A DNA stretch of 64,000 nt from Gemmatimonadota bacterium (GCA_028873595.1 JAPPOV010000002.1:40378-104377); one strand, 5' to 3'. Shown: positions 16,799 through 26,579, counted from the stretch's first letter. Translations and numbers: made by a program. The notes: generated by a model from the letters alone, not told the origin.

Positions 16799-19047
16799 CG
16801 CGAGTGTCGAGAAGAGAACGAACGGTCTTCGCTGTGGGTCTCGTGCTGATGCTTCTTCCCGCGTCGCTCGCGGGGCAGTCAGGCCTTCGAGGTGAGCGCG
16901 CACCTGAGTCGAGTTATCGCGACCGCGGGGCTCGTCGACTCCACGAGGCCGCGATGGAGGCGCGCGAGCGATTCGATGAGTCCGTCATGAGTTACGCCGC
17001 GGTCGTCCGCCAGCGAATTGGTGCGTCTCTTCGGATGCCGCTCAAGGATCGGACGCTGTATCGGTCCGAGTCGTCCCACCGACTCTGGTGGCACCGGGAC
17101 GGTGAGAATCTTGTGCAGCTTCTCGCCTACCGTGAACAGACACCGGCGGGCGTGAACATCGAGGGGATTCAGTTCGACCGTTTTGAGGATGCGTTCGATC
17201 CGATGGACGACAAGCTCTTCTTCGGGCTCGCTGAGAACGACGAGGATAGCGGAAGTCCGAACGAGGACGATTTCTGGTTCGAGCATCCGCTGTATGCGGA
17301 GTACGTCGAGTCGTACTGGTTCAGGTCCGGAGATACCATTTCGATCAGTCTCCCGGACGGTCGCACGGTTCGATCTGTGGAACTGCAGGTCGTGCCGCGG
17401 CAGGCCGACGTCCACCGGATGACCGGGTCTCTCTGGATCGAGCCCGAGAAGGGGCATCTGACGCGGGCGGTGTATCGTCTATCCGATCAGCTTGACGCAT
17501 TCCGTGACATACCGGATCTGCAGGCAGAGGAAGACGAAGATCTTCGGTTCATTCCGGGGCTGCTGAAGCCCTTTACGTTCGACCTCCGGATGATCTCGGT
17601 CGACTACGGATTGTGGGATTTCGAGGTATGGATGCCTCGCGCGATGCGGATGGATGGAGTCGCGGCTGCAGGTATTCTCTCGCTGCCCGTCACGATGGAC
17701 TACTCGTACGAGATCGAAGACGTGACCACCGAGGGGAGTCTCGCCGCTGGGGGTCACGACGATCTGCCGGAGATGCACTTCCGAACGCGCAGCGAGGCGA
17801 TGACATATCTGAACCAGCTTGCGTTTGGCGAAGAGGTGGACACGGACATACTCCGGGTCGCAGGCGGGCGAAATCAGGGGTCTCGAATGATTGTCCCGAG
17901 CGACCGGGAATACCTGGCCTCCAGCTCTGAGCTGCCACCTCCTATCTGGAAGGAGGCCCCGGGCTTCACGTCCGGGGCAGAGCTCCGGCAGCGTTTCGAC
18001 GCTCTCGCAGATCTGCCTGGTGCAGGCACGGCCCAGCGGCCGTCGACTCTTCGCTGGGGGCTGCAGCGGCCGGATCTCACTCGCTTCAACCGGGTGGAGG
18101 GGCTTTCCTTCGGTGTACGAGGACAGATCCGACCGCACACGCCCGCGGGGCCGCTCTCGCTGACCGGGACGGCGCGGATGGGATTGGGCGACCTGCACGT
18201 CAATCTTCGAGCCGATGCCACCCGGGAGAGCCTGAGGCGGCGAATCAGGCTCTCGGGGTACAACGAGCTCGTGTCGATCGACGAAGGCGCGCGTCATCTT
18301 GGCCTGGGGAACTCTCTCCAGGGAATCATCTTCGGCCGCGATGACGGAGACTACTTTTACCGCTCTGGTGGGACCCTCGAGTGGACCCCGCCGTCAGCAG
18401 CCCGTCGTGCGTACCGGTTCCGCACGTACGCTGAATACCATCGTCCGGCTCCCGTCACCACCGAGTTCGCCGTGTTCCAGTTCTGGAAAGATGGTTGGGC
18501 CTTTCGGCCGAACATCGTGGCGGATGAGGGGTGGGAGTATGGGGCGGTGCTCGATGTAAACCCCTGGTGGGGCTCTGATCCGCTTCTCACGCAGGGCGGC
18601 TTCGACTTGATGGTGCAGGCCGGGAGCGGGATGTCGAAGTACGGGCGGGCGTCCCTGATTGGCCGCCTGATCCTCCCCGTTCCCCTTGGAATGCGACTCG
18701 CAGTCGAGACTGGGGGTGGGACGTCGTGGGGTGATCCGACCGTACAGCGTCTCTGGTATGTGGGTGGCTCTCGGACGCTTAGGGGGTTTGTACCGCGGAT
18801 TGCGGGCGGGGAAGACTTCACCCGTGCTCGACTGGAGATTGCCAAGACCTTCACGTGGGGCGCGCTATCGCTTTTCTCGGACTACGGCTGGGCGGGCGCT
18901 TGGGACGGATTCGACATTTCGGCGGGATACACTTCGCTCGGGCTCGGGCTTTCGATGATCGACGGCTTGCTCCGCATGGATGCCGCAAAGGGTGTGAGGG
19001 ATCCCAAGACGTTCCGACTGGACGTCTACCTCGACGGCATACTCTGA
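16795..19047 (+). CDS. Outer-membrane Omp85-superfamily-like protein, function unknown
   Basis: The start overlaps the upstream stop as ATGA. The signal peptide is MTRVSRRERTVFAVGLVLMLLPASLAGQ. The C-terminal ~300 aa show an alternating beta-strand pattern, with GGSRTLRGF (18763-18789) resembling the Omp85 loop-6 VRGY/F motif. The N-terminal ~400 aa are unassigned. Confidence 0.6.
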   Translation: MTRVSRRERTVFAVGLVLMLLPASLAGQSGLRGERAPESSYRDRGARRLHEAAMEARERFDESVMSYAAVVRQRIGASLRMPLKDRTLYRSESSHRLWWHRDGENLVQLLAYREQTPAGVNIEGIQFDRFEDAFDPMDDKLFFGLAENDEDSGSPNEDDFWFEHPLYAEYVESYWFRSGDTISISLPDGRTVRSVELQVVPRQADVHRMTGSLWIEPEKGHLTRAVYRLSDQLDAFRDIPDLQAEEDEDLRFIPGLLKPFTFDLRMISVDYGLWDFEVWMPRAMRMDGVAAAGILSLPVTMDYSYEIEDVTTEGSLAAGGHDDLPEMHFRTRSEAMTYLNQLAFGEEVDTDILRVAGGRNQGSRMIVPSDREYLASSSELPPPIWKEAPGFTSGAELRQRFDALADLPGAGTAQRPSTLRWGLQRPDLTRFNRVEGLSFGVRGQIRPHTPAGPLSLTGTARMGLGDLHVNLRADATRESLRRRIRLSGYNELVSIDEGARHLGLGNSLQGIIFGRDDGDYFYRSGGTLEWTPPSAARRAYRFRTYAEYHRPAPVTTEFAVFQFWKDGWAFRPNIVADEGWEYGAVLDVNPWWGSDPLLTQGGFDLMVQAGSGMSKYGRASLIGRLILPVPLGMRLAVETGGGTSWGDPTVQRLWYVGGSRTLRGFVPRIAGGEDFTRARLEIAKTFTWGALSLFSDYGWAGAWDGFDISAGYTSLGLGLSMIDGLLRMDAAKGVRDPKTFRLDVYLDGIL

Positions 19048-19055
19048 CAGCCGGG

Positions 19056-19568
19056 GTGTTGTTCGGGCTCACCGTGCTCCTGCCCTCGTCCGCTCTAGGA
19101 CAGGATCCGCCACCGATCGAGGCGCCGACCGATGCCTCTCGCGTCGAAGTCGGTGACACGGTGCGGGTGCGATTGCCGATGGCCCAGCCCGTGCAAGCCG
19201 TCTTCAAGCGATGGGATGCGGAGGTGATGCTTCTGCAGGTCGACGGCATGGCACAGGATTGGCCTGTCTCGATCTACGATATGGTCTGGCTCGAGGTCCA
19301 TACCCGACGCACTCGTCGTGAAGGCCTCCGACACTATGCCATTCTCGGTGCAGCAACAGGCCTTTTCGTGGGTGTGGGGGTTGGACTCGGCCTTCATAGT
19401 GCGGGAGTGATCGACGACCCGGAGGAGCCCCCCGGACAGGTCGTGACCAACGCCCTCCGGTGGGCGGGTTTCGGTACGGTTGGCGGGGTCCTCGTTGGCG
19501 GGTTCTTTGGGGGGCGCAACCCCGGCACGGGTTGGATTTCGCTCTCTTTGCCCTCGCCGGGGTCGTGA
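19056..19568 (+). CDS. Small secreted/membrane protein with glycine-zipper C-terminus; start uncertain
   Basis: GTG 19056 or TTG 19059 gives a signal-like (V)LFGLTVLLPSSALGQD. Gly-zipper segments GAATGLFVGVGVGLGLHSAG and GFGTVGGVLVGGFFGG follow. The 5' part of track ORF 18855.. overlaps the previous gene and I rejected it. Confidence 0.4.
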   Translation: MLFGLTVLLPSSALGQDPPPIEAPTDASRVEVGDTVRVRLPMAQPVQAVFKRWDAEVMLLQVDGMAQDWPVSIYDMVWLEVHTRRTRREGLRHYAILGAATGLFVGVGVGLGLHSAGVIDDPEEPPGQVVTNALRWAGFGTVGGVLVGGFFGGRNPGTGWISLSLPSPGS

Positions 19569-19708
19569 AGCCGACCTGACGAGCCGTCGCGTTTCAGATG
19601 CGTGAGTGTTCCGGTCGCGTCAGGAGCGCGCGTGCGACTGATCCGCCCAGGGGCCGAACCTGCCCGCCTTGCACCATTTGACACTAAACAGCGTTAGCAC
19701 ACGTAGGG

Positions 19709-19725
19709 CCGGTTGGATTGACCGG
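19709..19725. promoter_or_regulatory. Candidate TetR operator (inverted repeat CCGGT-N7-ACCGG)
   Basis: CCGGTTGGATTGACCGG lies about 30 nt upstream of the tetR start. A direct repeat TACGGTtgtt/TACGGTgtta at 19731-19750 follows it. The call rests on position and symmetry only. Confidence 0.2.
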
Positions 19726-19752
19726 ATCTGTACGGTTGTTTACGGTGTTAAC

Positions 19753-20397
19753 ATGACTGATCAACGAGAGCGCATTCTTGGATGCGCATGCGACCTCTAC
19801 CTGAAGCACGGTCTCGACGGCTTATCGATGCGCAAGCTCGCTCGAGAAGTCGGCGTGACGGCTCCTGCGATATACAGGCATTACGGTGGACGGGAGGAGG
19901 TTCTCGCGGACGTACTCCGGGAAGCTCACCGCACGTTTTCACGCTACCTCTACGCGGCGTTGGGGGAGCCTACCCAACTCGATCGCTTCTTCGGTGCGGG
20001 CCAGGGGTTCCTGAACTTCGTGATCGAGCATCCGCGCTGGTACAGCATCATGCACACCGCGCCGGAGCATTTGGGCATGGACAAGCTCCCCGAGGACATT
20101 GAAGGGATGCAGTCCGCGATCCACCAATTCTGGATCGACCGGGTTCGCGAGTGCATGGACGCGACGATCCTGAAGGATGGGAATCCCGAGAAGACTGCGA
20201 TCACGATGTGGGCCCACGCGCATGGGATGGTGCAGCTCTATCAGGAGGGCTGCCTTCCGGTGAGCGAAGAGGAGTTCCGGATGCTGTTCAAGGCCTCTGG
20301 GGCACGGTTGATGGCGGGCGTCGCAACGGAGGCGTTTGCGCGGGACCTCGAGGGCATGGTGCTCTCCGAGACGGACACGGGAATACAGACGGGATGA
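19753..20397 (+). CDS. TetR/AcrR family transcriptional regulator
   Basis: The internal ATG at 19753 gives MTDQRERILGCACDLYLKHGLDGLSMRKLAREVGVTAPAIYRHY, an HTH_TetR signature. Its stop overlaps the tolC-like start as ATGA. Confidence 0.9.
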   Translation: MTDQRERILGCACDLYLKHGLDGLSMRKLAREVGVTAPAIYRHYGGREEVLADVLREAHRTFSRYLYAALGEPTQLDRFFGAGQGFLNFVIEHPRWYSIMHTAPEHLGMDKLPEDIEGMQSAIHQFWIDRVRECMDATILKDGNPEKTAITMWAHAHGMVQLYQEGCLPVSEEEFRMLFKASGARLMAGVATEAFARDLEGMVLSETDTGIQTG

Positions 20398-21893
20398 ACA
20401 CGCAATCAGGCCGTTTCGCACGGCTCACCATACAGGTCGCACTCGCCGTAACCGCCTTCTCGGCCACGGCCGCTTCAACGGTGTCAGGCCAGCAGCCTAC
20501 CCCGGTCGGACTCACCGTCTTGGTGCGATCCGCACTGGACACAAACAACCAGCTCGTCGCTGCTCGCGAGGCGTACAACACGGCATCGGAGCAGGTTTCC
20601 GAGGCGTGGAGCGGTGTCATGCCTTCGGTCGACTTCAATGCCTCGTACCAGCGAAATCTCGCAGTTCCCGTGAACTTCCTGCCCGCAGCGATCTTCGACC
20701 CAAGCGCGGGCCCGGACGATTACATCGGGGTCCAGTTCGGTGCCGACAATCAGTGGAACTCGACGATCTCGGTCGAGCAGGCGCTGTTCCGGCCGAGCGT
20801 CATCGTGGCGCTCGGGGCGGCTCAGGGCTTCGAGAATCTTCAGGACGAAACGGTCCGGGGGCAGGAGCAGTCGGTCGTCACTCAGGTGCGTACTGCCTAC
20901 TACCAGCTTCTCCTGGTCCAGGAACAGGCGCGCCTGACAGAGAACTCCGTGCGTCGTGTTCGTGAGTCACTGGCGGAGACCCGTGCCTTGAATCGTGCCG
21001 GACTCGCCGACGACTACTCGGTGCTTCGGCTGGAGGTCGAGTTGGCCAACCTGGAGCCCAACCTCCGGCGTGCGAACAATGCGATCTCACAGGCTCGGCG
21101 TACCCTCGCTGTTCTCGTGAACTACCCGGACCACGAGGCGCTCACCGTGGACGGCTCACTCGCCGATATGAATCTCGATGATGTCGCGTCGAACACGGTC
21201 GCGAATCGTGCCATCCTCGAATTCAATGGCGCCAATTTTGTGGGCGGAGATTCGGGAGGTCCCGTCCTCGAGCGGGGGCTGACCAGGGCTGTCGAGTTTC
21301 GGTCGGATCTGCGCCAACTCGCGCTGACGGAGGAACTCCGCAAGTCGGAGATGCGCTTGGAACAGGCGTCCTATCTGCCCGAGATCTCGCTCTTCGGTAA
21401 CTACATCGTAAGCGCGCAGGACAATGGCTCCCCGAACTTCTTCGGGCGAGGTGACGGGCAGAGCGCCACCTCACGGGCCCTCGGTGTGCGTGTGAGCCTC
21501 CCGATTTTCCAGGGGCTCAGCCGAGATGCGCGCGTCGACCAGAAGCGCGCCACGTTGCGGGAGGCACAGGCGAACTCTCGCCAGGCGACGGAGGCTGCAC
21601 GCAGCCAGGTCCGGACGATTGCAGAGAATATCGAGGAGGCGCACCTGCGCGCCGTCGGGCAGGCACTTGCCGTGCGGCAGGCGCGGCGGGGATTCGATAT
21701 CGCCAGCGCACAGTTCTCGGAAGGGCTTGGAAGTCAGCTCGAACTCACCGATGCGGAAGTCGCTCTTCGTCAGAGCGAATTCAACTACGCGCAGGCCGTC
21801 TTCGACTATCTGGTTGCCCGTGCCCAATTCGACGAGGCGACCGGTCAAGTGCCCTTGGTAGACGTTCTGCTCGAGCAGGGGGGGCAGCAATGA
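20394..21893 (+). CDS. TolC-family outer membrane efflux protein
   Basis: The start at 20394 gives MNTQSGRFARLTIQVALAVTAFSATAASTVSGQ, a signal peptide. The product has two TolC-like repeats rich in coiled helices. The track's upstream 81 codons lie inside tetR. Confidence 0.9.
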   Translation: MNTQSGRFARLTIQVALAVTAFSATAASTVSGQQPTPVGLTVLVRSALDTNNQLVAAREAYNTASEQVSEAWSGVMPSVDFNASYQRNLAVPVNFLPAAIFDPSAGPDDYIGVQFGADNQWNSTISVEQALFRPSVIVALGAAQGFENLQDETVRGQEQSVVTQVRTAYYQLLLVQEQARLTENSVRRVRESLAETRALNRAGLADDYSVLRLEVELANLEPNLRRANNAISQARRTLAVLVNYPDHEALTVDGSLADMNLDDVASNTVANRAILEFNGANFVGGDSGGPVLERGLTRAVEFRSDLRQLALTEELRKSEMRLEQASYLPEISLFGNYIVSAQDNGSPNFFGRGDGQSATSRALGVRVSLPIFQGLSRDARVDQKRATLREAQANSRQATEAARSQVRTIAENIEEAHLRAVGQALAVRQARRGFDIASAQFSEGLGSQLELTDAEVALRQSEFNYAQAVFDYLVARAQFDEATGQVPLVDVLLEQGGQQ

Positions 21894-23020
21894 TGAACGA
21901 CAGGAAGACTTACAGGGGGTTGTACGGGACGATGTTGGATCGATCAAAGACGATTCTTGGGCTGGTCGGGGTCGGTACCCTTTTGATGCTCGCCGCGTGC
22001 GGCTCCGCCCAGGCGGACGGTACGGAGGACGCTTCGGCGAGCGAACAGTTCGTGCGGGTCATCAATGTCGAAATCTCCCCGATTGAAGCTGAGACGTTCA
22101 TCGAGGAGATCCGGCTGACGTCGGTCGCGATGGCGAGTCAGGACGTGATGCTCGAAGCCGAGGAAAACGGCCGAATCATCGAACTGTTCGCGGACCGCGG
22201 AGACACGGTCCGTAAGGGCGCCCCGATTGCCAAGATCGATGATGCGATTCTTCGGGCGCAGGTCGGCCAGGCGCGCGCGGCAGCGGAGCTGGCACAACAG
22301 ACGTGGGAGCGACGGAAGCGGCTCTTCGAAGAAGAGCAGGTCGGATCCGAACTTGCCTATATGGAGGCTCGGGCGACGGCTCAGCAGACGGCGGCGTCTC
22401 TCGAAGGCCTGGAAGAGCGGCTCGCTCGAACCGTCGTGCGTGCTCCATTTTCCGGCATCCTCGACGAGCGCCACGTCGACGTCGGGACGATGGTCGGTCC
22501 CGGTAAGACGATCGGTCGGATCGTCGATCTCACCCCGATCAAGGTGTTCGCGGGTGTCCCGGAGCGGTATGCGCCGAATGTGCATGCCGGTGCCGCGGCC
22601 ACACTACGATTCGAGGCTCTCGGTGACGATACGTTCACGTCATCGATCCGCTATGTCGGGTCGACGATCAACCCGCAGAGTCGGACCTTCCCGATCGAGA
22701 TCGAGTTGCCCAACGCGGATGGCGTGATCAAGCCGGAGATGGTGGCGAACATGTCGATCATCCGTCAGCAGGTGGAAGACGCGATCGTCGTGCCGCAGGA
22801 TGCGCTGATTCGGGTCGAAGACGGCTACGTGGCGTTCGTTACGGTCGACCGGGATGGCGTGGAGGTCGCCGAGGTGCGCCAGCTCGTCCTCGGGCCGACG
22901 CGACGCAACCTCGTCGTGGTCCAGGAGGGGTTGAACGTAGGTGAGAACCTGATTGTCGTCGGGCAAAAGTCGGTCGCCGATGGGGACCGTGTGAACCTCG
23001 TTGGGACTCAGGGGGGCTGA
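21890..23020 (+). CDS. Efflux RND transporter periplasmic adaptor (MFP/HlyD family)
   Basis: The N-terminus is lipoprotein-like (LLMLAACGS). Coiled-coil and beta-barrel segments typical of AcrA-like adaptors follow. The start has a 4-nt overlap with the upstream gene. Confidence 0.9.
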   Translation: MMNDRKTYRGLYGTMLDRSKTILGLVGVGTLLMLAACGSAQADGTEDASASEQFVRVINVEISPIEAETFIEEIRLTSVAMASQDVMLEAEENGRIIELFADRGDTVRKGAPIAKIDDAILRAQVGQARAAAELAQQTWERRKRLFEEEQVGSELAYMEARATAQQTAASLEGLEERLARTVVRAPFSGILDERHVDVGTMVGPGKTIGRIVDLTPIKVFAGVPERYAPNVHAGAAATLRFEALGDDTFTSSIRYVGSTINPQSRTFPIEIELPNADGVIKPEMVANMSIIRQQVEDAIVVPQDALIRVEDGYVAFVTVDRDGVEVAEVRQLVLGPTRRNLVVVQEGLNVGENLIVVGQKSVADGDRVNLVGTQGG

Positions 23021-23021
23021 C

Positions 23022-26000
23022 ATGAAGCCGCATGACGAGGGCTCTTCGCCAATCCGCCGGGGCACGATCGAGACCTTCAAAGAGTTTGCAGCCACGAGCT
23101 TCGCGGTCGAGCACCGGACTTCGGTCGTGGTGCTGCTGGCCATCATCGCGGTGATGGGCACGGTGGCATACCGCACGACGCCAAAGGAGTCGTTCCCGGA
23201 GCTGGCCGTTCCGATCATCGCGATCAACACGATCTACCCGGGGGTCTCACCGGCGGACGTCGAGAGTCAGGTTACGAGGGTCATCGAGGAAGACCTTTCG
23301 ACGATCAGCGACATCAAGGAGCTGACGTCGACCTCGGTCGAAGGGTATTCCAGCGTGGTTGCGGAGTTCGATACGTCCGTCGATCTCGACGAGGCGCTTC
23401 AGAAGGTCCGTGAAAAGGTGGACCTGGCTAAGGCGGATCTCCCCCAGGATGCCGAAGAACCGAGTATCGTCGAGTTCAACTTCTCGGAGATCCCGGTCCT
23501 TCAGGTGAACCTGTCGGGTGAATACGGATTGGTGCGTCTGAAGGAGATCGCCGAAGACCTGCAGGACCGACTCGAAACGCTGCCGGCGGTCCTTCGGGCC
23601 GACTTGCGAGGTGGCCTGGAGCGGGAAGTGAAGGTCGACGTCGATCTGTCTTCCATGAACTACTACGGGGTCGCGTTGCAGGACGTCATCGATGCGATCC
23701 GTTCTGAGAACGTGAATATCCCTGGCGGAGCGATCGACGTCGGTGCCACGAAATATCTCGTGCGTGTCGATGGGGAGTTCGACGACCCGACCGTGATCGA
23801 AGATCTCGTCATCAAGCTGAAGGACGGGCGACCGGTCTATGTGCGAGACGTCGCGCACGTAGACTTCGGCTTTGCGGAACGGGATAGCTACGCTCGGATG
23901 GATGATCGAGCGGTGGTCACGCTGGATGTGATCAAGCGATCCGGCGAGAACATCATCGAGACCGCCGAGGCGATCCGTGGAGAGGTCGACGCCATGGCGC
24001 CGCTCTTGCCTCCGACGACCGACATTCGGATCACGTCAGATCAGTCCGAGCAGATCGAGGAAATGGTCTCCAGTCTCGAGAACAACATCATCTCCGGACT
24101 GATCCTGATCGTCGGGGTCCTCTTTTTCTTTCTCGGGGCGAGCACGTCGATGTTCGTCGCGATCTCGATTCCCGCATCGATGTTCCTCTCCTTCATGGTC
24201 CTGAAGGTGATGGGCGTTTCGATGAACATGATCGTGCTCTTTAGCCTCATACTGGCGCTGGGTATGCTCGTCGATAACGCGATCGTGGTGGTCGAGAACA
24301 TTTACCGCTACCTGGAGGAGGGCTGGGATCGGCGGACGGCTGCCAAGAAGGCGACGGGTGAGGTCGCGTTGCCGATCATGGCCGCGACCGCGACCACGCT
24401 GGCGGCGTTTGCACCCCTGCTTTTCTGGCCGGGCGAGGTGGGTGAGTTCATGGGGTACATGCCCCGAACGCTGATCGTCACGCTGAGCAGCTCGCTCTTC
24501 GTCGCACTCATCATCATTCCGACACTGTGCGGCATGTTCATGCGCCTCGACGGAACGAAGGGTGCGCCGCTCACACCGGCGGCTCGTTGGACCGTCATGG
24601 CTGGAGTGGCCATCGTGCTGTTCGCGACGGCAAGAGCGAATCCCCTGACGGCCGCGATGTTCGCCGGCACTGCCCTGGCCCTTTGGGCGCTCCACCGCTT
24701 CGTGCTGCGCGCGGCCGGTCGCTGGTTCCAGGATGCGATCCTCCCACAATGGATGAGCGCCTACGAGGATTCGCTTCGGTGGTCACTGAACAACCGTGGG
24801 AAGCTCATCGGCGGTACGGGCCTGGCCTTCGTGGCCACGTTCGTCATCTACCTCGCCACGCCGATCGGCGCTGGTCTGGAGTATTTCCCGGAGGACATGC
24901 CGCCTCCGATGCTCCTCGTAGATGTCGAGACACCGGTCGGTACGCGCGCGGCAGTGACGAACGAGATCGTCCAGAAGCTCGAGGAGGAGCTCAAGACCGT
25001 GTCCGGTCGTGGTGATTGGGAGTCCGTGGTCGCCGTATCGGGTGGTGGAGGCGGAGGCGGGGACCCGATGGGTGGCGGACCCTCGGGGCCCGAGAGCGGC
25101 CGTCTGTCCATCTCTCTCGTGGACTTTCAGGACCGCCAGGCCGATGCCTTCTCCACGCTTGCCGAGATGCAGGCGTCGATCGGAACCGATATCGCGGGAG
25201 CCTCGATTACGGTGGACAAGGTCAGCGAGGGGCCGCCCGCCGGAGCTCCGGTCAGCATCGAGATCGTCGGGGAGAATCCCGATGAACTCAAGCGGATCTC
25301 CGACAACATCATGAGCATTCTGGAGGATTCCCCTGTCTATCCGAAGCTCGCCGGTCTCGACAGCGACATGGACGCCGCTCGTCCCGAGCTTTCCGTCGAC
25401 GTGGATCGAGAGAAGGCTGCGCTCTACAACCTGGACACGCAGCAGGTCGGGATGGCCGTGCGCGGCGCGATCAACGGGATCGAGGCCGCCAAATACCGAA
25501 CGGGTAACGACGAGTACGACATCATCGTTCGGCTTGCCCCGCAGTACCGAGATGAACTCGAAGGGCTACGTGAGCTGACGGTCATGGCCGAGGGCGTTCA
25601 GGTGCCACTGGTAGAGGTTGCCACCTGGGGGGTCGAGGACGGAGCTGGCTCGATTCGCAGGAAGGATCAGAAGAGGATGGCGACGATCACATCGAACGTC
25701 GCGTCCGGGTACGCGAACAACGCGGTACTGGCGGAGGTCCAGACAGTGCTCGCAGAGTTCACGAGCACGCTCCCGCCCGGTTACACGCTCCAGTATTCAG
25801 GGCAGTCCCAGGATCAGGACGAGGCCACGGCCTTCCTGAGTGGCGCGTTCCTCACCGCACTGATGTTGATCGGGTTCATCCTGATCAGTCAGTTCAACTC
25901 GGTCATCAAGCCAGTCATCATTCTGACGTCGGTCATCATGTCCACGGCAGGGGTTCTTATCGGACTGATGATCTTCCAGATGCCGTTCGGGATCATCAAC

Positions 26001-26579
26001 ACCGGCGTCGGGATCATCTCGCTTGCCGGGATCGTCGTGAACAACGCGATCATCCTGATCGACTACATCGACATTCTCCGAAGCCGGGACTCGATGCACC
26101 GTCGTGAGGCGTTGGTGCAGGGCGGAAAGACTCGACTGCGCCCCGTCGTCCTGACGGCGCTTACGACGGCGCTCGGCATGGTGCCGTTAGCGATTGGGCT
26201 GAACTTCGACTTCTTCGGCCTCTATGGATCGCTCGACCCGGAATTGTACTGGGGTGGGATGCAGGCCGCGTGGTGGGGACCGATGGCCGTGGCGATCATC
26301 GCAGGGATCCTCTTCGCAACGTTTCTTACGCTCATTCTGGTGCCGGTCTTGTACTCCCTGGTCGACGACGTATCGGAGATCTTCCGGAAGTATTACACGC
26401 ATGAGGCTGAGGAGGAGAGCCCGGCACATGAGCGCGCCGATGAGCCATCGCACGAGGGCTCCACACGTGGACAGCCCATGCTGCCAGCGCCGGTACGGCC
26501 GAAGGCTGCGCCAGCCGGTGCACACAGGGAATCGATGAAGGTGGGTGGCTTGACCGAGCCGCAGCCAGAGGCCGGTTAG
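23022..26579 (+). CDS. Efflux RND transporter permease (AcrB/AcrD/AcrF family)
   Basis: The product is about 1185 aa with a 12-TM RND architecture (LGMLVDNAIVVVENI, GIVVNNAIILIDYI). It carries a poly-Gly insertion (SGGGGGGGDPMGGGPSG, ~25040-25090) and a ~60 aa hydrophilic C-terminal tail. The start is ATG 23022, or possibly TTG 23001. Confidence 0.95.
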   Translation: MKPHDEGSSPIRRGTIETFKEFAATSFAVEHRTSVVVLLAIIAVMGTVAYRTTPKESFPELAVPIIAINTIYPGVSPADVESQVTRVIEEDLSTISDIKELTSTSVEGYSSVVAEFDTSVDLDEALQKVREKVDLAKADLPQDAEEPSIVEFNFSEIPVLQVNLSGEYGLVRLKEIAEDLQDRLETLPAVLRADLRGGLEREVKVDVDLSSMNYYGVALQDVIDAIRSENVNIPGGAIDVGATKYLVRVDGEFDDPTVIEDLVIKLKDGRPVYVRDVAHVDFGFAERDSYARMDDRAVVTLDVIKRSGENIIETAEAIRGEVDAMAPLLPPTTDIRITSDQSEQIEEMVSSLENNIISGLILIVGVLFFFLGASTSMFVAISIPASMFLSFMVLKVMGVSMNMIVLFSLILALGMLVDNAIVVVENIYRYLEEGWDRRTAAKKATGEVALPIMAATATTLAAFAPLLFWPGEVGEFMGYMPRTLIVTLSSSLFVALIIIPTLCGMFMRLDGTKGAPLTPAARWTVMAGVAIVLFATARANPLTAAMFAGTALALWALHRFVLRAAGRWFQDAILPQWMSAYEDSLRWSLNNRGKLIGGTGLAFVATFVIYLATPIGAGLEYFPEDMPPPMLLVDVETPVGTRAAVTNEIVQKLEEELKTVSGRGDWESVVAVSGGGGGGGDPMGGGPSGPESGRLSISLVDFQDRQADAFSTLAEMQASIGTDIAGASITVDKVSEGPPAGAPVSIEIVGENPDELKRISDNIMSILEDSPVYPKLAGLDSDMDAARPELSVDVDREKAALYNLDTQQVGMAVRGAINGIEAAKYRTGNDEYDIIVRLAPQYRDELEGLRELTVMAEGVQVPLVEVATWGVEDGAGSIRRKDQKRMATITSNVASGYANNAVLAEVQTVLAEFTSTLPPGYTLQYSGQSQDQDEATAFLSGAFLTALMLIGFILISQFNSVIKPVIILTSVIMSTAGVLIGLMIFQMPFGIINTGVGIISLAGIVVNNAIILIDYIDILRSRDSMHRREALVQGGKTRLRPVVLTALTTALGMVPLAIGLNFDFFGLYGSLDPELYWGGMQAAWWGPMAVAIIAGILFATFLTLILVPVLYSLVDDVSEIFRKYYTHEAEEESPAHERADEPSHEGSTRGQPMLPAPVRPKAAPAGAHRESMKVGGLTEPQPEAG

